Assembly (NCBI RefSeq): GCF_018977255.1
Contig: NW_024704743.1
Location: 75,456,001-75,520,000, forward strand
Length of the DNA: 64,000 nucleotides
Reading direction: 5' to 3'
Source of the DNA: Callorhinchus milii
Lineage: Eukaryota
Of this stretch, positions 52,216 to 64,000 are shown in pieces (the first letter of the stretch is position 1; every line of letters begins with the position of its first letter). The translations under genes and the position numbers were made by a program. The notes below the pieces were generated by a model that was not told the DNA's origin, ran no database searches, and was given only the letters and a program-made list of their open reading frames with translations.

Positions 52216-53285
52216 GCTACTCTGATTGTATTGCACTTTTGCATTGATTCACTGTGAATATTAATGCCAAAATCCAGTTATAAATCACAACATGAGGCCG
52301 GAGATTCTATCTATTCAGCCTGCAAAAGCATTTTGTCTTAAAATGTAAGGTTGTATGGAAAACTCTTACTCGGAAAGCTAGTTTTCTACCATCCATATGA
52401 TGAACCAATTTGCAGATTAAGACGAAATTGAGGAATTTTCTATAATTCTGTGCAATCTTAACTTTGTACAGGTGCAGTGGACCAAACTCAACCACAAGGG
52501 AGGGGTAAACAGTATTTCCAGTATCAGATATGAGCTGTCTCACTTTTACTTTTGATGGCCATTGTTGTGTGTTTTTCCATGTGACAAACGTAATACAGCA
52601 TGTCCTGATCTTTCTGATAACAACAGAAGTATACATATTTCAGTGGTCCTACTTTCTTTTTAACTGTTTTCAATAAAAAACCTTAATTTCTCATAGCTCT
52701 ATACAATGACAATGTGCAATGCTTTAATTGTGCACTATTACCAGTATCAGTTAATAGAGGTATAGTAATAATATTTTTTATTATTTTTGCATTTGACATA
52801 ACAGCTCCTTTCATGTTGGGAAGACGTCTCAAAGCACCTTACGGGATTCACCATTATGTTAGTGACTGTGAATTTTGTAGGCTAGGATACAAGGAGAAAC
52901 TTCTCTTTTTGAATAGTGCGATGGGATCTTTGAAATCTCAAATAATAGTCACTACAATTTACATTGAATTCTGTGAAGTGATTTGAAATGTCCTCTGACG
53001 TTATTAATTAATTTTCAGTCAAGCAGGGGTTACAAATTCAACAAAGCAATTCTTGCTAGGAATAAATGCAATACAATTGGTAATTTTTTTGCGTTACTGT
53101 GCAATATTACGTGTTATCGATGAACTGTGCCAATCCATCCAGGAAGGAAGCTGTGGTCAAGAAGACCAAATGTTCGAAGAATTTGCACCCAGGATTGAAA
53201 CAACTAGAAGGAATAAGGTGGAACTCCAATTGTTATGTGCAATCACCAGGGCCATAGGGTACATTTCATCCTATTCATTAATTCT

Positions 53286-53700
53286 TGGTTCTGTTGGTAG
53301 CCCTCTCATCTCTGAGTCAGAAGATTATTGATTCAAATCCCACTTGGATTTCATAGTCAAGGTTAACAATCCAGTATTGTGCTGGGAAAGAGCTGCATTG
53401 TTGGAGGTACTGTCCTTCAATTGATATAATAAACTGAGGTCCCACCTGCCTGATCAGGTGGACATTAAATTGCACTATTCGAAAACAGAAAGAAGTTTCT
53501 CCCAATATCTTGACCAACAATCCTCCAGATAAAATTGATCATTCCCTTCATGGCTGTTTGTGAAACATTGCGGTCTACAACTATGCTTTGTGTTTTCCAC
53601 AAAAATACATTGTCACTGCATTTTAAGTAAATCATGTGAAGTGCTTTGACTTGTCCTCCTGACATGAAGTCCCATATGAAATGTAATGATTGTAAGGATT
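53286..53700 (+). mobile_element. DeuSINE family B
   Basis: Colinear with 13474-13900. Confidence 0.78.
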
Positions 53701-54089
53701 ATAATTCATTCATTTCTAATATTCATTAGTTGAGAGTGTCTTACATACAAATCAGAAAAAGTCATTTGAGCGATCAGTCAAGGAATTTTCCATAAAATAA
53801 GGTTGACTGTTTGAAAAAATAATTTGCCTAAGTCAAACCCCTATCTTTCCACATTTTGGTGAATCTGGTAGCTAAGGTCAATGGTAATTAAAAGCTTATT
53901 AAAATGGTTGTAAAGGAACAGTAGGACTACCTTGTCATGAAGGTTGCAAACTTGAGAATGAAGTTGAGAATGAAGGAAAGGCACAGTTGCTTAAAACATA
54001 TTGCCCCCTCAGTGTTCATTGAGGATTGTGAATGTGTAACTGTCAAGATTATCAATGGAGGATGACCGGAGATGATAATATATATGACC

Positions 54090-54715
54090 ATTGAATACAA
54101 GAGCAAGGAGGCAATTTAAAGTTGCAGTATTACTTTCAGTTTTGGGTATCTCATTAAAAAAGACATCAGATCCACATAGAGCGTATAGTGATGATTCAGA
54201 AATGATACCAAGGATGAGATTTTATAATTATTTGGAGCGGCTTCAAAAGATGTGAATTTTTTGCTGGAGCAGAGAGGTTTTGAGGGGAGGGAATCTAATC
54301 AAGGTTTTAAAATTATGAATAACTTTTAATTGGTATTTGAATTGAGAGTGACCATTTGGATCTTCTTCCCTCCCTCCCTCCTTCCCTCCCTCATCCACGA
54401 CTTCAAAAACACCTAAAAGCATACATTTTCAACTATTGCATAAATTAATTATCACCAAAAGAAAAAAAACACAGAGGTTAGAAGAAATATTTTTGCACAG
54501 ATGGCTGTTAGAATAGGGAATACTTCACCACCAATGGCTGTTGAAGTTGAGTCTATAACAGGATTTAGAAGGAAATTTGATAAATACTTGAGGTCAAATA
54601 ATATTAAATGTTATGGCAAAATGACAGGGGGATGGGAATAGAGTAGATGGCTCCCATGGGGGAGTTAGCATCAGACAGACATGATGGGTCAAATGGCCTT
54701 TTCTGTGTTCCACTA
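54090..54715 (+). mobile_element. CR1 3' fragment with a short L2-like insert (about 54360-54440)
   Basis: gaatacaagagcaaggagg, cagttttggg, gagcagagaggttttgagggg, atgatgggtcaaatggccttttctgtgttc. Confidence 0.7.
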
Positions 54716-55105
54716 ACGTTGGCTGAACCTTCAGCCATTACAATGCTCCAGTCCTCTGGAACACTTTCCCAGAAGCACTTTGCCTTGTTAACCCATCTAT
54801 CCAGCAAAAATATCCCTAAAACATAGCTTTTCGGCCCAGCTTTTGGTCAAGTGCCTTTATTTGAAAGGTGCTACGTATATGCAATTTGCTTTCAACAATT
54901 GTATGAGTCAGGAATTAGTGCAATGATTTTTGAAAAATCGGAAGTGTTCAATGGATTCATTGCTGCCTTTGCTGCCTTTAGGTTGGGGAGAGATTGTCTC
55001 TTCATCATTAACTGAGGACAATGAAGAGAAAGGCAAAGATGCAATAGTTAGCACAATCCTAACTCTAACATGCCATAATTTATTGTAGGGGTCTGGGTGA
55101 TACTA

Positions 55106-55211
55106 CAGGGTGATCAAAAATCATGACACCTTTACAATGTCTAATAAATCTTAAAGAAATTATGATTTTTTTAGATAATAGGGTAGTTATCATGAGTTTT
55201 TGGTCACCCTG
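55106..55211. mobile_element. Tc1/mariner-type MITE, 106 bp, TA target site duplication
   Basis: TA|CAGGGTGATCAAAAATCATGA ... TCATGAGTTTTTGGTCACCCTG|TA. Confidence 0.8.
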
Positions 55212-57039
55212 TATTAGCAGAAATGCAACTTGAGTTGCTTATTGATAACATCAACAGGACTTAGAGAATACGCTACACAATTGGGGATAATTGTCTCACT
55301 TAGCCAAGATTTTTTTCATTATAATTGGCAATAAATAGCAATTTTAGTTCATGTTTAGAAATTCGGTGTTTTATTTATAACATAATTATAAAATAATTTA
55401 CAATTTACGTCAATTTGCTCCAGAAAATAATGTCAGCAATGAGGCATGTGAAGCTTGGTCTTATAGTTCCCACTCCAAGTGGCTTCAAATTGGGGCTGAA
55501 AACATATTAACCACCAATTTTGATGTTCTTTGGACCACATGAGAGCTATGAGAAGCGAACCCGGTGTGATTCACACCCACTGTGTTTATACCGTGTGGGT
55601 GTGAATCACACTGTTCCTGAAACAACCTCTTCCAGGTGATGCCAGCAGCAGGGCCCCCAGTGAGACTCGCAATGTCTGGGCCCCCTGTTTACATTGCACA
55701 GTTGGAGGTGAATCATTTCTAATATCACAGCAATTCACCTCTAAAAAGACAGCATAAAGGCAGCATTATAATATGCAGGTTAAAATTTAGTGTGAACTAT
55801 TACCAGAATCAACAGGGATTCAGTACTACCCTTAGATTTAGGTGATATAACTTTCACTTCTATTCAAAGGTGTTTTACCATCATAGTGAATCTATCTCAG
55901 TGGGGATTCAGGATAAGCCATGCAGTCTGCTACAGTGCCCAAAGGTAAGATTATTTTACTGCTCACAAACAACTAGCTGGCAAATAATCTCATCTGAGTG
56001 ACTGAATAATAGGTATTTTTAAATATTTTTTAAAAAAATGACAATGCAATTTTTCTTTTTGGTGTCTGACATCACCTTGCTTAAGAACATCCATACCAGA
56101 CTGAGAGTACTGCATATGCACACCTCCTGCACATGGAAATATCCCTGTGTCTGTATCAATGAATATTGATGTTGCAGGTAATATATCTATCTTCAAACAT
56201 TTACATTGCGCTTCAGAATAGTGCAGACATTTTTAACCTCAAAATATAAAAAGTTAATATACAGTCACAGAATGTAAAGTTCTCATTATTTTTATTATGA
56301 ACAATAAAACTTCACCTAGGGGCTGTACCAGCCCACTTTATTCAACTTGAATCTCAAATTGGAGATATTTTAACAGGATTTCAAGAATGAGGACACTGGA
56401 GAGTTGGGTAGGAAGAAGGAAAAGATAAGCAAATTCAATCATGACGTTATATTAGGGTTAGTCATGAAACAAATCTTTCAGAGAATGGAAGGTGACACAC
56501 GTGTAAACGGTAAATGAGAGCAGAGACTTGAACGCCCATCTGCGCTAATCGTGCCTCCTGCAGAAACAAGTGATATTTCCAATATACTGCTGTTGCTGCT
56601 GCTGTTGCTTTGAGGCGATATCTCAAATAAAATGGAATGGGCAAGGGCTGGCAAATGGATCTGAAGGCATAAAAGTACCACTTAATGACACTTAGTTCCA
56701 CTCTTTCCTATGTTGCCATGCACATCAGTTGCAAAATTGCAACATGGCAACATAAGAAAGACTGAGAAAACATTTGTAGTCCATCTGGCCCATCCTGTTT
56801 TCTAAAATGTCAAATCTTGTAGGTCTAATTCCCGCTATACTAAGCAAAGTGACATTCATTCATACGTAACATGGCGGTGTTATTGAAAACCACTTAGAAA
56901 CCATCTCTACAGAATGATTTAAACTGTAATAACATAATTTTAAAAACGTCTGAATCCTTGTATTTGATTTAATAGCTGTCATGTCATGGATGTCTCAAAG
57001 CGCTTCATAGGACTTACTGTGTCAGCCTGGTTTGCTTGT

Positions 57040-57690
57040 TTCCTTCCTTCCCCTTCTCTTCAACCCGTATATGCTCCCTCTTGGTGACATCATCTGCAAA
57101 CATGGGGTCAACTTCCACATGCATGCGGATGACATCCAACTGTACCACTCTGCCTCCACCTTTGATTGTGGATCCACTGATGTCTGACAGAATGTCTGTC
57201 AGACACCAAGTCCTGGATGAGAGCCTACTTTCTACAGCTGAATGTCAGCAAGACTGAGGCCCTCCTGATTGGCTCGCGCCAGCGCCTCCGCACCTCAGGC
57301 GCTGACAGCATCAGCATCCAAGGATGCACACTTAACCCCACTGAGCCAGTCAGGAACCTTGGCATCTTGCTTGACCCTCAACCGTCTTTCTCCCCCACAT
57401 CCGTGCCATGACCCACTCTGCCTTCCCCCACCTCCGCAACATTGTCCGAGTCCGCCACCGCCTCAACCCTCAGTTCACTGAAACTCTCATACATGCCTTC
57501 ATTACGTCTAGGCCTGTGGCTATGGCCTTTGGCCTTTGGGTGCCTTTGGCCACCTTCTCTGCCCTCCACCATCCCCGATCCCAATCCCCCTCCCCCTGCT
57601 TGGGTTCTAATCCCTAATCCTGTGTTTAGTGCCTTGGGACATCCTCTCGATGTGAAAGGCGATTTACAACCATAATTTTGTATTGTATTG
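57040..57690 (+). mobile_element. L2 LINE fragment with internal deletion
   Basis: [37 protein letters not shown] is nearly identical to the 21.7 kb copy. After HAFITSR it jumps directly to the 3'UTR and tail. Confidence 0.9.
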
Positions 57691-58701
57691 ATTTTGTCGG
57701 AAATCAGGTTCATATGTCCCATAGGGCATAAAACTCTATCAGAACATAAGAGGAGTTAATTCCATGTTAATAACACAGAAGATTTCTGTACTACTGAACC
57801 AGAGCAAAAAAACAACATTGCCCTTATTCTTTCACTCCTGGAATTTCTACCGACTAATGCTGCTCTCATGTTTCACCTCAGATAGACTGCTCACATTCAG
57901 ATCTGAACTTCTATTTTTGGGTCCAATTGTGGCATTTCAACACAAGAAAGATCAAGAAACAGAATGAATAAAGTGGGTTTTCTCTTTATTTTTGTGCACA
58001 AAATTTGCCTTGATAACAGCAGATTACAGCACAGCTCTGCAGGAGGAATTTCGTATGACCATCTCAGTCCTGCAAAACTGGCAGTTTGCATGATCGACAG
58101 GTCAGGTGATAATTAAGGTAAGGTAAGAAATTTGTGGAGTTTTGTAATACGTTCCTTGTTATAATTATCCCATGAAACGCATTATGAAATGGTGCAAATT
58201 TCACCCTACTATTCCAATTGATTCTCCCCATGATCAACATTGAATGTACAATTCAGAAATGGTGATTTATTCTCGATAAATCCTCTAAATCTCATTACGT
58301 GAATGTCATTGCACCACCACATATTTGAAGGGCATGGACAGCTGGTATCAGAACAAATCCAAACGTAAAATCAAAAAGTATATATGATGAAATTACCAGA
58401 TCCCAGGCTGCAATAAAGGTTATAATCTAATATTAATGTTCAAATGAGTGCTTACAAACCTCTTAAGCTTTATTCACATTAGTCATGAATCATGCAAACT
58501 CCTTGATGTAGACACTTGCCTTACAATGATCCATCTCTATTAGTTGTTCCCTGTCTGATTCTACATCACTACGCCACAATTTTACAACTACCCATTTTTT
58601 TTGGTAAGTAAACTCGACACACGAAAAATGCAAGAAGTGACATCAGTGGCGACGTGATGACAAGTTGCAAGAAGTTGCAAGTCATGAAGTCGCCACTGAT
58701 G

Positions 58702-59041
58702 AGGAGTCCCATAGTGTAGTCATTAGCGCACTCATTTTACAAGTGTGAGGACTCGGGTTTGATTCCTCGGCTGGACGAAACCTTACACAAGTTTTCTTAC
58801 TCCACATGTCACTGTTTACCTAGCAGTAAGTAAGAACCCGATTATTAGTCAATTGATGGATTGCTTTCCGGTGGTAATCATCCCTTCAAAATCCAGACTG
58901 TTTATGGAACACTGCTTGCGTAATTGGCAGCTGCGTTTCACCCACAAAATACACAGTCAATCCACTTTACAAAATATTCTGTGAAGCACTATGGGACATC
59001 TCAACAACATGATAAGGTGTTACATCAAATGCAAGGATTAC
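58702..59041 (+). mobile_element. DeuSINE family A, long variant, older
   Basis: Diverged head ggagtcccatagtgtagtc, internal ctgtttacctagcagtaagtaagaacccg, tail atcaaatgcaaggatta. Confidence 0.82.
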
Positions 59042-59282
59042 TAAATTGGCCACTTTTGAATGCTTTGCTTATAATGTGGTCTCTGAGCTAGTGAAGCCCG
59101 AGGATTATCTTACAACAAGGTTCTCCGGTGGTTATGCAGTGCAAGTGCAGGGTCAGCCACAAAGTGTGGGTCGCCAAGTCCCAACATTCAACCTTATCTC
59201 CTCTCACTGAGACCAGTTGTACCAAATGTGAAAGAATACGAAGACTGACCCAGATCAAGGGAAATACAAAAAAGCAAGCCAT

Positions 59283-59520
59283 AGGGTAGAAATTCCACCA
59301 CGCTCTAGATTTACATTATTTTCTTAGCATTTTAGAGTATCCAGAATTTGACAAACTCTCAAATACAATTAACACAATTCATTTTGTAGCTGGTTTTCTC
59401 GTAAAGTTTTGAAAACCAGTTTCATTATTGAAACTCAATTCCACAATTTGTCAAATTCAGCATGCTTTGAAATGGTAAGTAAATTGGATAAATCTAAACC
59501 CAGTTGTAATCTCTCTCCAC
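59283..59520. mobile_element. Palindromic MITE-like element
   Basis: Left arm tagatttac..ttcttagcatttt..agaatttgacaaa pairs with right arm aatttgtcaaattc..gaaatggtaagtaa..taaatcta; related copies occur elsewhere in the window. Confidence 0.65.
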
Positions 59521-59932
59521 AGATGTAACTTTGCAACACTTAGGTAAGTATTAGGTGAGTGTTAGGTACCTCAACATTACATCCCCAGCACATTGGTTAC
59601 ATCAACGCAAGCACAGGTTAACTTATAACTGAGGTTGACAGACTCGTTCACAATATTGACCACTATTTTTCCACAAGGACTGTACATTGCATATGTTTTG
59701 TTAAATGTAAGTATGCCAGTGCTTTTGTCACCAATGCTTTTTAAGAACAGATTAACTATCTTAAATATTTAAAAGGTTTCGGTACATGTCTAATCATGTT
59801 TGCTTGAATCTAAGTGATTCAATACTATAAATAACAAATATACAATCTGTTTCTCTGCAACACATCGGGGTGTGTTTGACATTTTACTGTTTAAAAATAT
59901 AGGAAATTACCATGAAAAGACATCTTTAATTC

Positions 59933-60254
59933 TTAATAATAATAAAAATAATAATCCATGCATATGATATAGTGCTTTTCATGCCTTCTAGACGTCTCAA
60001 AGCGCTTCACAGAATATACTGTAAAGTGAATTGATGGTATATTTGTGGGCAAAACACAGCAGCCAATTTCACACAGCTGTGTCCCACAAATAGTCATGGA
60101 TTGAAGGGACCAATTTATTATTTTTTTTCTTGAGGGATTATTATCAGGCGTGTAGAGTAAGGAAACTTGTCCAACGTTTTGACCTGTTGGGAATCGAACC
60201 CAGGTCTCTCACTTGCAAGGCGAGTGCTCTAACCACTGAGCTACAGGACTCCAC
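59933..60254 (-). mobile_element. DeuSINE family A, full length
   Basis: Same head, core and tail as the 37 kb copy. Confidence 0.9.
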
Positions 60255-61596
60255 AGGATTTAACTACATAAGGTACAGATTTAAAGGCAATGATTTGCAT
60301 CTCTTTACAAACAGACAGACATACAGACAAAAAAGTTCCTCGGGTTTCTTTGTGAGCCAAGATACTGCATCACCTGATTGAATGGCCTTCCTAAGGTGGG
60401 ACTCTTATTTCCCAACACATTCACACCATTGATACTCAGGTCTGGTAAGGAAGCAAAAATGTATTGTGTCTATATACAGTATCAGTAATAATTTACTACA
60501 TGATATCAGTGCTTCTTAAGACAGGAGATAAATAGATATGCAAAGTGAAATTAGACAATAACATTTTCACAAAGTATATCAAATACGCCACAGAGTTAGA
60601 CTAAGTTAAATGAGCACAGCTAGTGCCAGTATCAAGGTTCATTGAAAACAAATCCACTGACATTGAAACTGCTGTCTTTTATCCAATGTTAAAAGCATAT
60701 TGAGAAGCCATCCTTTCAATAGGGTGTTTATGGAGCTATACATTGTACAACCTTTTTATATTCCTTTAGAGAAAAATAATATTTTCAACTTGATGCTTCT
60801 GTGGTGTGAGTCGTAGGTGCAGTAAACTACTGCAGAAAATCCCAGATGGCTCAGTTGAGAGATTGAATGCACTTGGATTTATACTGTAGCTTGTAAAATC
60901 CTCTAAGACCGCTCTTAATGTCATTTGGGACTGCTAGATTGTTTTATTCAATGAAATTAAAGCTCTGATAGCTGTCATTGTTTCTGTAAGCTGCTATGTC
61001 TAGAAATGGACAACTTTGTCCCCACTGGCTTGTTTGTAAAGTGCAATTTTATCACAATGAGCAACATAGTGAGCTGAATTGTGGTATAAACATGTTCAGA
61101 CTGTGGGTCCGGCACTCCTCTGTTCATTAAAAAGTGTCATTAAGTCCATTTTAACAACATTTTCTAAGGCTGCTAATGACATTGTATCAGTGCCCAACAT
61201 TTTGAACTGCCTTTTGTGAGAAACTCAATTTCATTAGCGCTTTCAAAATCACAGCAGCCAACAACATGCACTGCAATAATCCAAAGTTCACACTTGTAAA
61301 CGCAGTTAACGTTCCAACTGATTGGCATAAGTGTCCAGACATCTACCACTTTAATTGTGGATTGCAGCATTCAAAGGGGGAATGATTCAATGCCCACATG
61401 GTGAAGCACATTTTCATGTGGTAATGGAGAAGCACGGTGAGCTTTTAGTGGGGGAAGTCCACCTTCCAAATGCAAGGGAAGTAGCCTTGCACACATAGTC
61501 TGCATCAATGTTGTTTTAAGGATTTGGAAGAGCTGATAGGAGGCCCACAATAAAGGGCATGACTTGAAACAAAGCACCCAAGGCTAGTGTTAATCT

Positions 61597-61944
61597 AATA
61601 ATAATAATAATTCTTGCATTTGATAGAGCGCCTTATTACTTCTTTGAGACGTTTCAAAGCACTTCACAGAATATACTGTAAAGTGAATTGACTGTATATT
61701 TTGTGGGTGAAACGCGGCTACCAATTGCGCAGTGTCCCACAAACAGTCGTGGATTGAGTAAACTATTTTTTTAAGGGATTATTACCCCTGGAAAAGCAAT
61801 CCATCAATCAACTAACAACTGGGTTGGTACTTACTGCTAGGTAAAGAGAGACATGTGCTGATAAGGAAACTTGCCCAACGTTTCGTCCTGCCTGAGAATT
61901 GCTTGCGAGGCGAGTACTCTAACCACTAAGCTACAGGACTCCAC
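61597..61944 (-). mobile_element. DeuSINE family A, long variant
   Basis: Same head and tail, plus an extra internal segment (ttacctagcagtaagta..ccc.gttgttagt on the SINE strand). Confidence 0.88.
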
Positions 61945-63079
61945 AATATCAGGGTAGAAGAGGTCCACACAATATATTAGAGAAAGCTGTAATTGGTAGA
62001 GGTCCAATTTGCAACACTTCTTAACGATAGAATTTACTTTGATGATTCTCTTTGGTAACAGATAACATCAGAATGATGGTCTTTTGTGTTGGTATAACTT
62101 AATGTACTTCAGCTGACAGGAAGGAATTCCCTCATTTTCTTTTTATGTGACTTGTTTCCTCACTAAGAGATGCTGTAAAGAAATCACGTACGCTATATTG
62201 TCCTTAAAAATAAAAGGACAGATGCGTACAGGAATGTTGGAAATAATGAGGAGAGTCCAGCTCTAGCAATGATAACAGAAGTGGAGTGCAGAAAAAGAAG
62301 CACAGTGCTGATAATCTCAGATCATTTATTCCCTATAGGAAGTACAGTCCAATAATGTTGGGAGACTCAATATCTTGTGTCCAATCTTCCATCTGGTCTA
62401 AGGTATCTGCTGAAGTGCTGGAAGCTCCCCAGGCGATTTGTTGCAGGAATCTCCTTTTTGATTGGCGGCTCCTGCTGGGAGCACTGCAGGCAGCAGACGC
62501 TGCTGAGGCCTCCAAGCCTCTCAGATTTGCTGAGAATCTTGGAGAGTGATTTCACACAAACCCAGCGGTCTGCAGAAAATGCCTGTGAAGTCCTTTAATG
62601 CGTTGCTACGCAGAGCTACAGCCCAGCACCACAATCAAGAAGTCTCCATTTGAACTGCAGCAACATAACCCATCAGTACCTCAGAAATTGATCGTGGGCC
62701 CTGTTACTCGGAATGCAATGTCCACTCTCAACGTATTGCATCACCCTGCTACCTGTACATACCTGGCCTGCAATTGCCCCTAATTTAATGGGTAACTTGT
62801 CATTTGAACATTTCTTCAATTTAGTCTTATTCCAAATGAATTTGTGAATTGTCAAAAATTCTTTATGATTTTAAATTTTAAGACAATGGTCTTAAAGCTA
62901 AGACCATGTAACACATGCGGGCTACCTAATATGCAGAATTGACCGTGCTGTTTGTACTCCATCACTTAGATTTTTTTTCTGCAAGAACTGTTAAGCATAA
63001 TGTTAAAACTTATATTATTCTTTGTTCTATAAATGTTGAATGCAAAATTGTGCTCCCCTAGCTAACCAGTAGCACCGAT

Positions 63080-63470
63080 TTCTAAAAAGTTCGGACATGC
63101 TGGGACAATCTTACAGATTTTTAAAAGAAATAACAAAGAGGTAAAGATTGTGCAGTGGATGTGTTTTTTTTATGGATTTTCAAAAAGCATTTTGATGAGG
63201 TATCACGTAAGAGGCGTATTTCAAAGATTATGGCACATGAAATTCAGGGGAATTTGGCTGCAAGGATGGAGAGATTGTTGGAATTCTTTCAAGGAGTAAA
63301 GATAAGAGGAAGTTACTCAAACTAGGAGGATGTAGTGAGTGGATTTGCATTAATGTCTGTGTCGGGCATCTCTTATGTACTTTGTGCATAATTGATCTGG
63401 ATTTAAGAATTGAGAGAAAATATTGAAATTTGCGAATTGGAATCATGGGAGTTTTGTGACGGATTAAATG
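63080..63470 (+). mobile_element. Degraded CR1 RT fragment
   Basis: gtggatgtg..tatggattttcaaaaagcattttgatgaggtatcac corresponds to VD.VYMDFQKAFD.V.H. Confidence 0.65.
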
Positions 63471-63529
63471 TACCACTTTGAATCTGTTATAGAATGTTGC
63501 CTTTTCTATCCTAAATCACAAAATGAAAA

Positions 63530-63915
63530 TAAATAACAATCCTTGCATTTGATATAGCGTCTTTCATGTCAGGAAGGCGTCTCAAAGCGCTTCACAAGAG
63601 ATACTGTAAAGTGTAGTTACTGTGTATTTGTAGGTGAATGCAGCAGCCCATTTGCACACAGCAATGGGCTGCAAATAGCCATGAAAAGATTGAGCAATTT
63701 TATTTGGGAGATTGTTGGCCACGACACTGGGAGTAGTGCCTGGGAATCTTTAATCCACCTGAACAGGCAAATAGAGCGTCAGTTTAATGTCTCATCCAAA
63801 GGATGGCAACTCCAACAATGAAACACACCCCAGCAATGCATTGGAGTGTCAGTTTAGACTGAGTAAGGGGATAGAACCCACAATCTTCTGACTCAGAGGT
63901 GAGAATTGCTATGAT
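63530..63915 (-). mobile_element. DeuSINE family B
   Basis: Reverse complement colinear with 13474-13900. Confidence 0.78.
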
Positions 63916-64000
63916 CCGACTGTACACAAATTAAACAAATGGTCAGCAAAAACAATTCTTTATACGGAGGCTGGTTAGATCATAATAATCCTTGCATTTT

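Noticed and set aside
60325..60381. Peptide SGFFVS resembling ITPRID1, a NEUROD6 neighbour in mammals
   Set aside because: A six-residue match in an ORF that starts inside a SINE, with no clear exon boundaries; probably chance.

Overview
Vertebrate genomic DNA, most likely from a cartilaginous fish such as a chimaera or elephant shark. That assignment is inferred from the mix of tRNA-headed DeuSINEs with L2-type tails, L2 and CR1 repeats. The only protein-coding gene I can support is neurod6, a bHLH transcription factor on the minus strand. It has one coding exon (CDS 45381-46397, 338 aa), a non-coding first exon near 47.9-48.1 kb, a 1.5 kb intron and a 3'UTR of about 1 kb. The gene lies in a roughly 10 kb CpG-retaining, almost transposon-free island. 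The rest of the window is gene desert filled with L2 and CR1 LINE fragments, two DeuSINE families, a Penelope-like fragment, palindromic MITE-like elements and microsatellites. Nearly all other ORFs in the track are repeat-derived or spurious. I see no clearly new multi-gene system. The most unusual structures are (1) a direct-plus-inverted duplication at 27.76-28.81 kb, (2) a dispersed palindromic MITE-like family, (3) a hairpin cluster at 55.1-55.75 kb, (4) substitutions at normally invariant NeuroD residues and (5) a dense set of neural miRNA, Pumilio, RE1 and E-box motifs around neurod6. Repeat boundaries are read by eye and are approximate unless stated otherwise.
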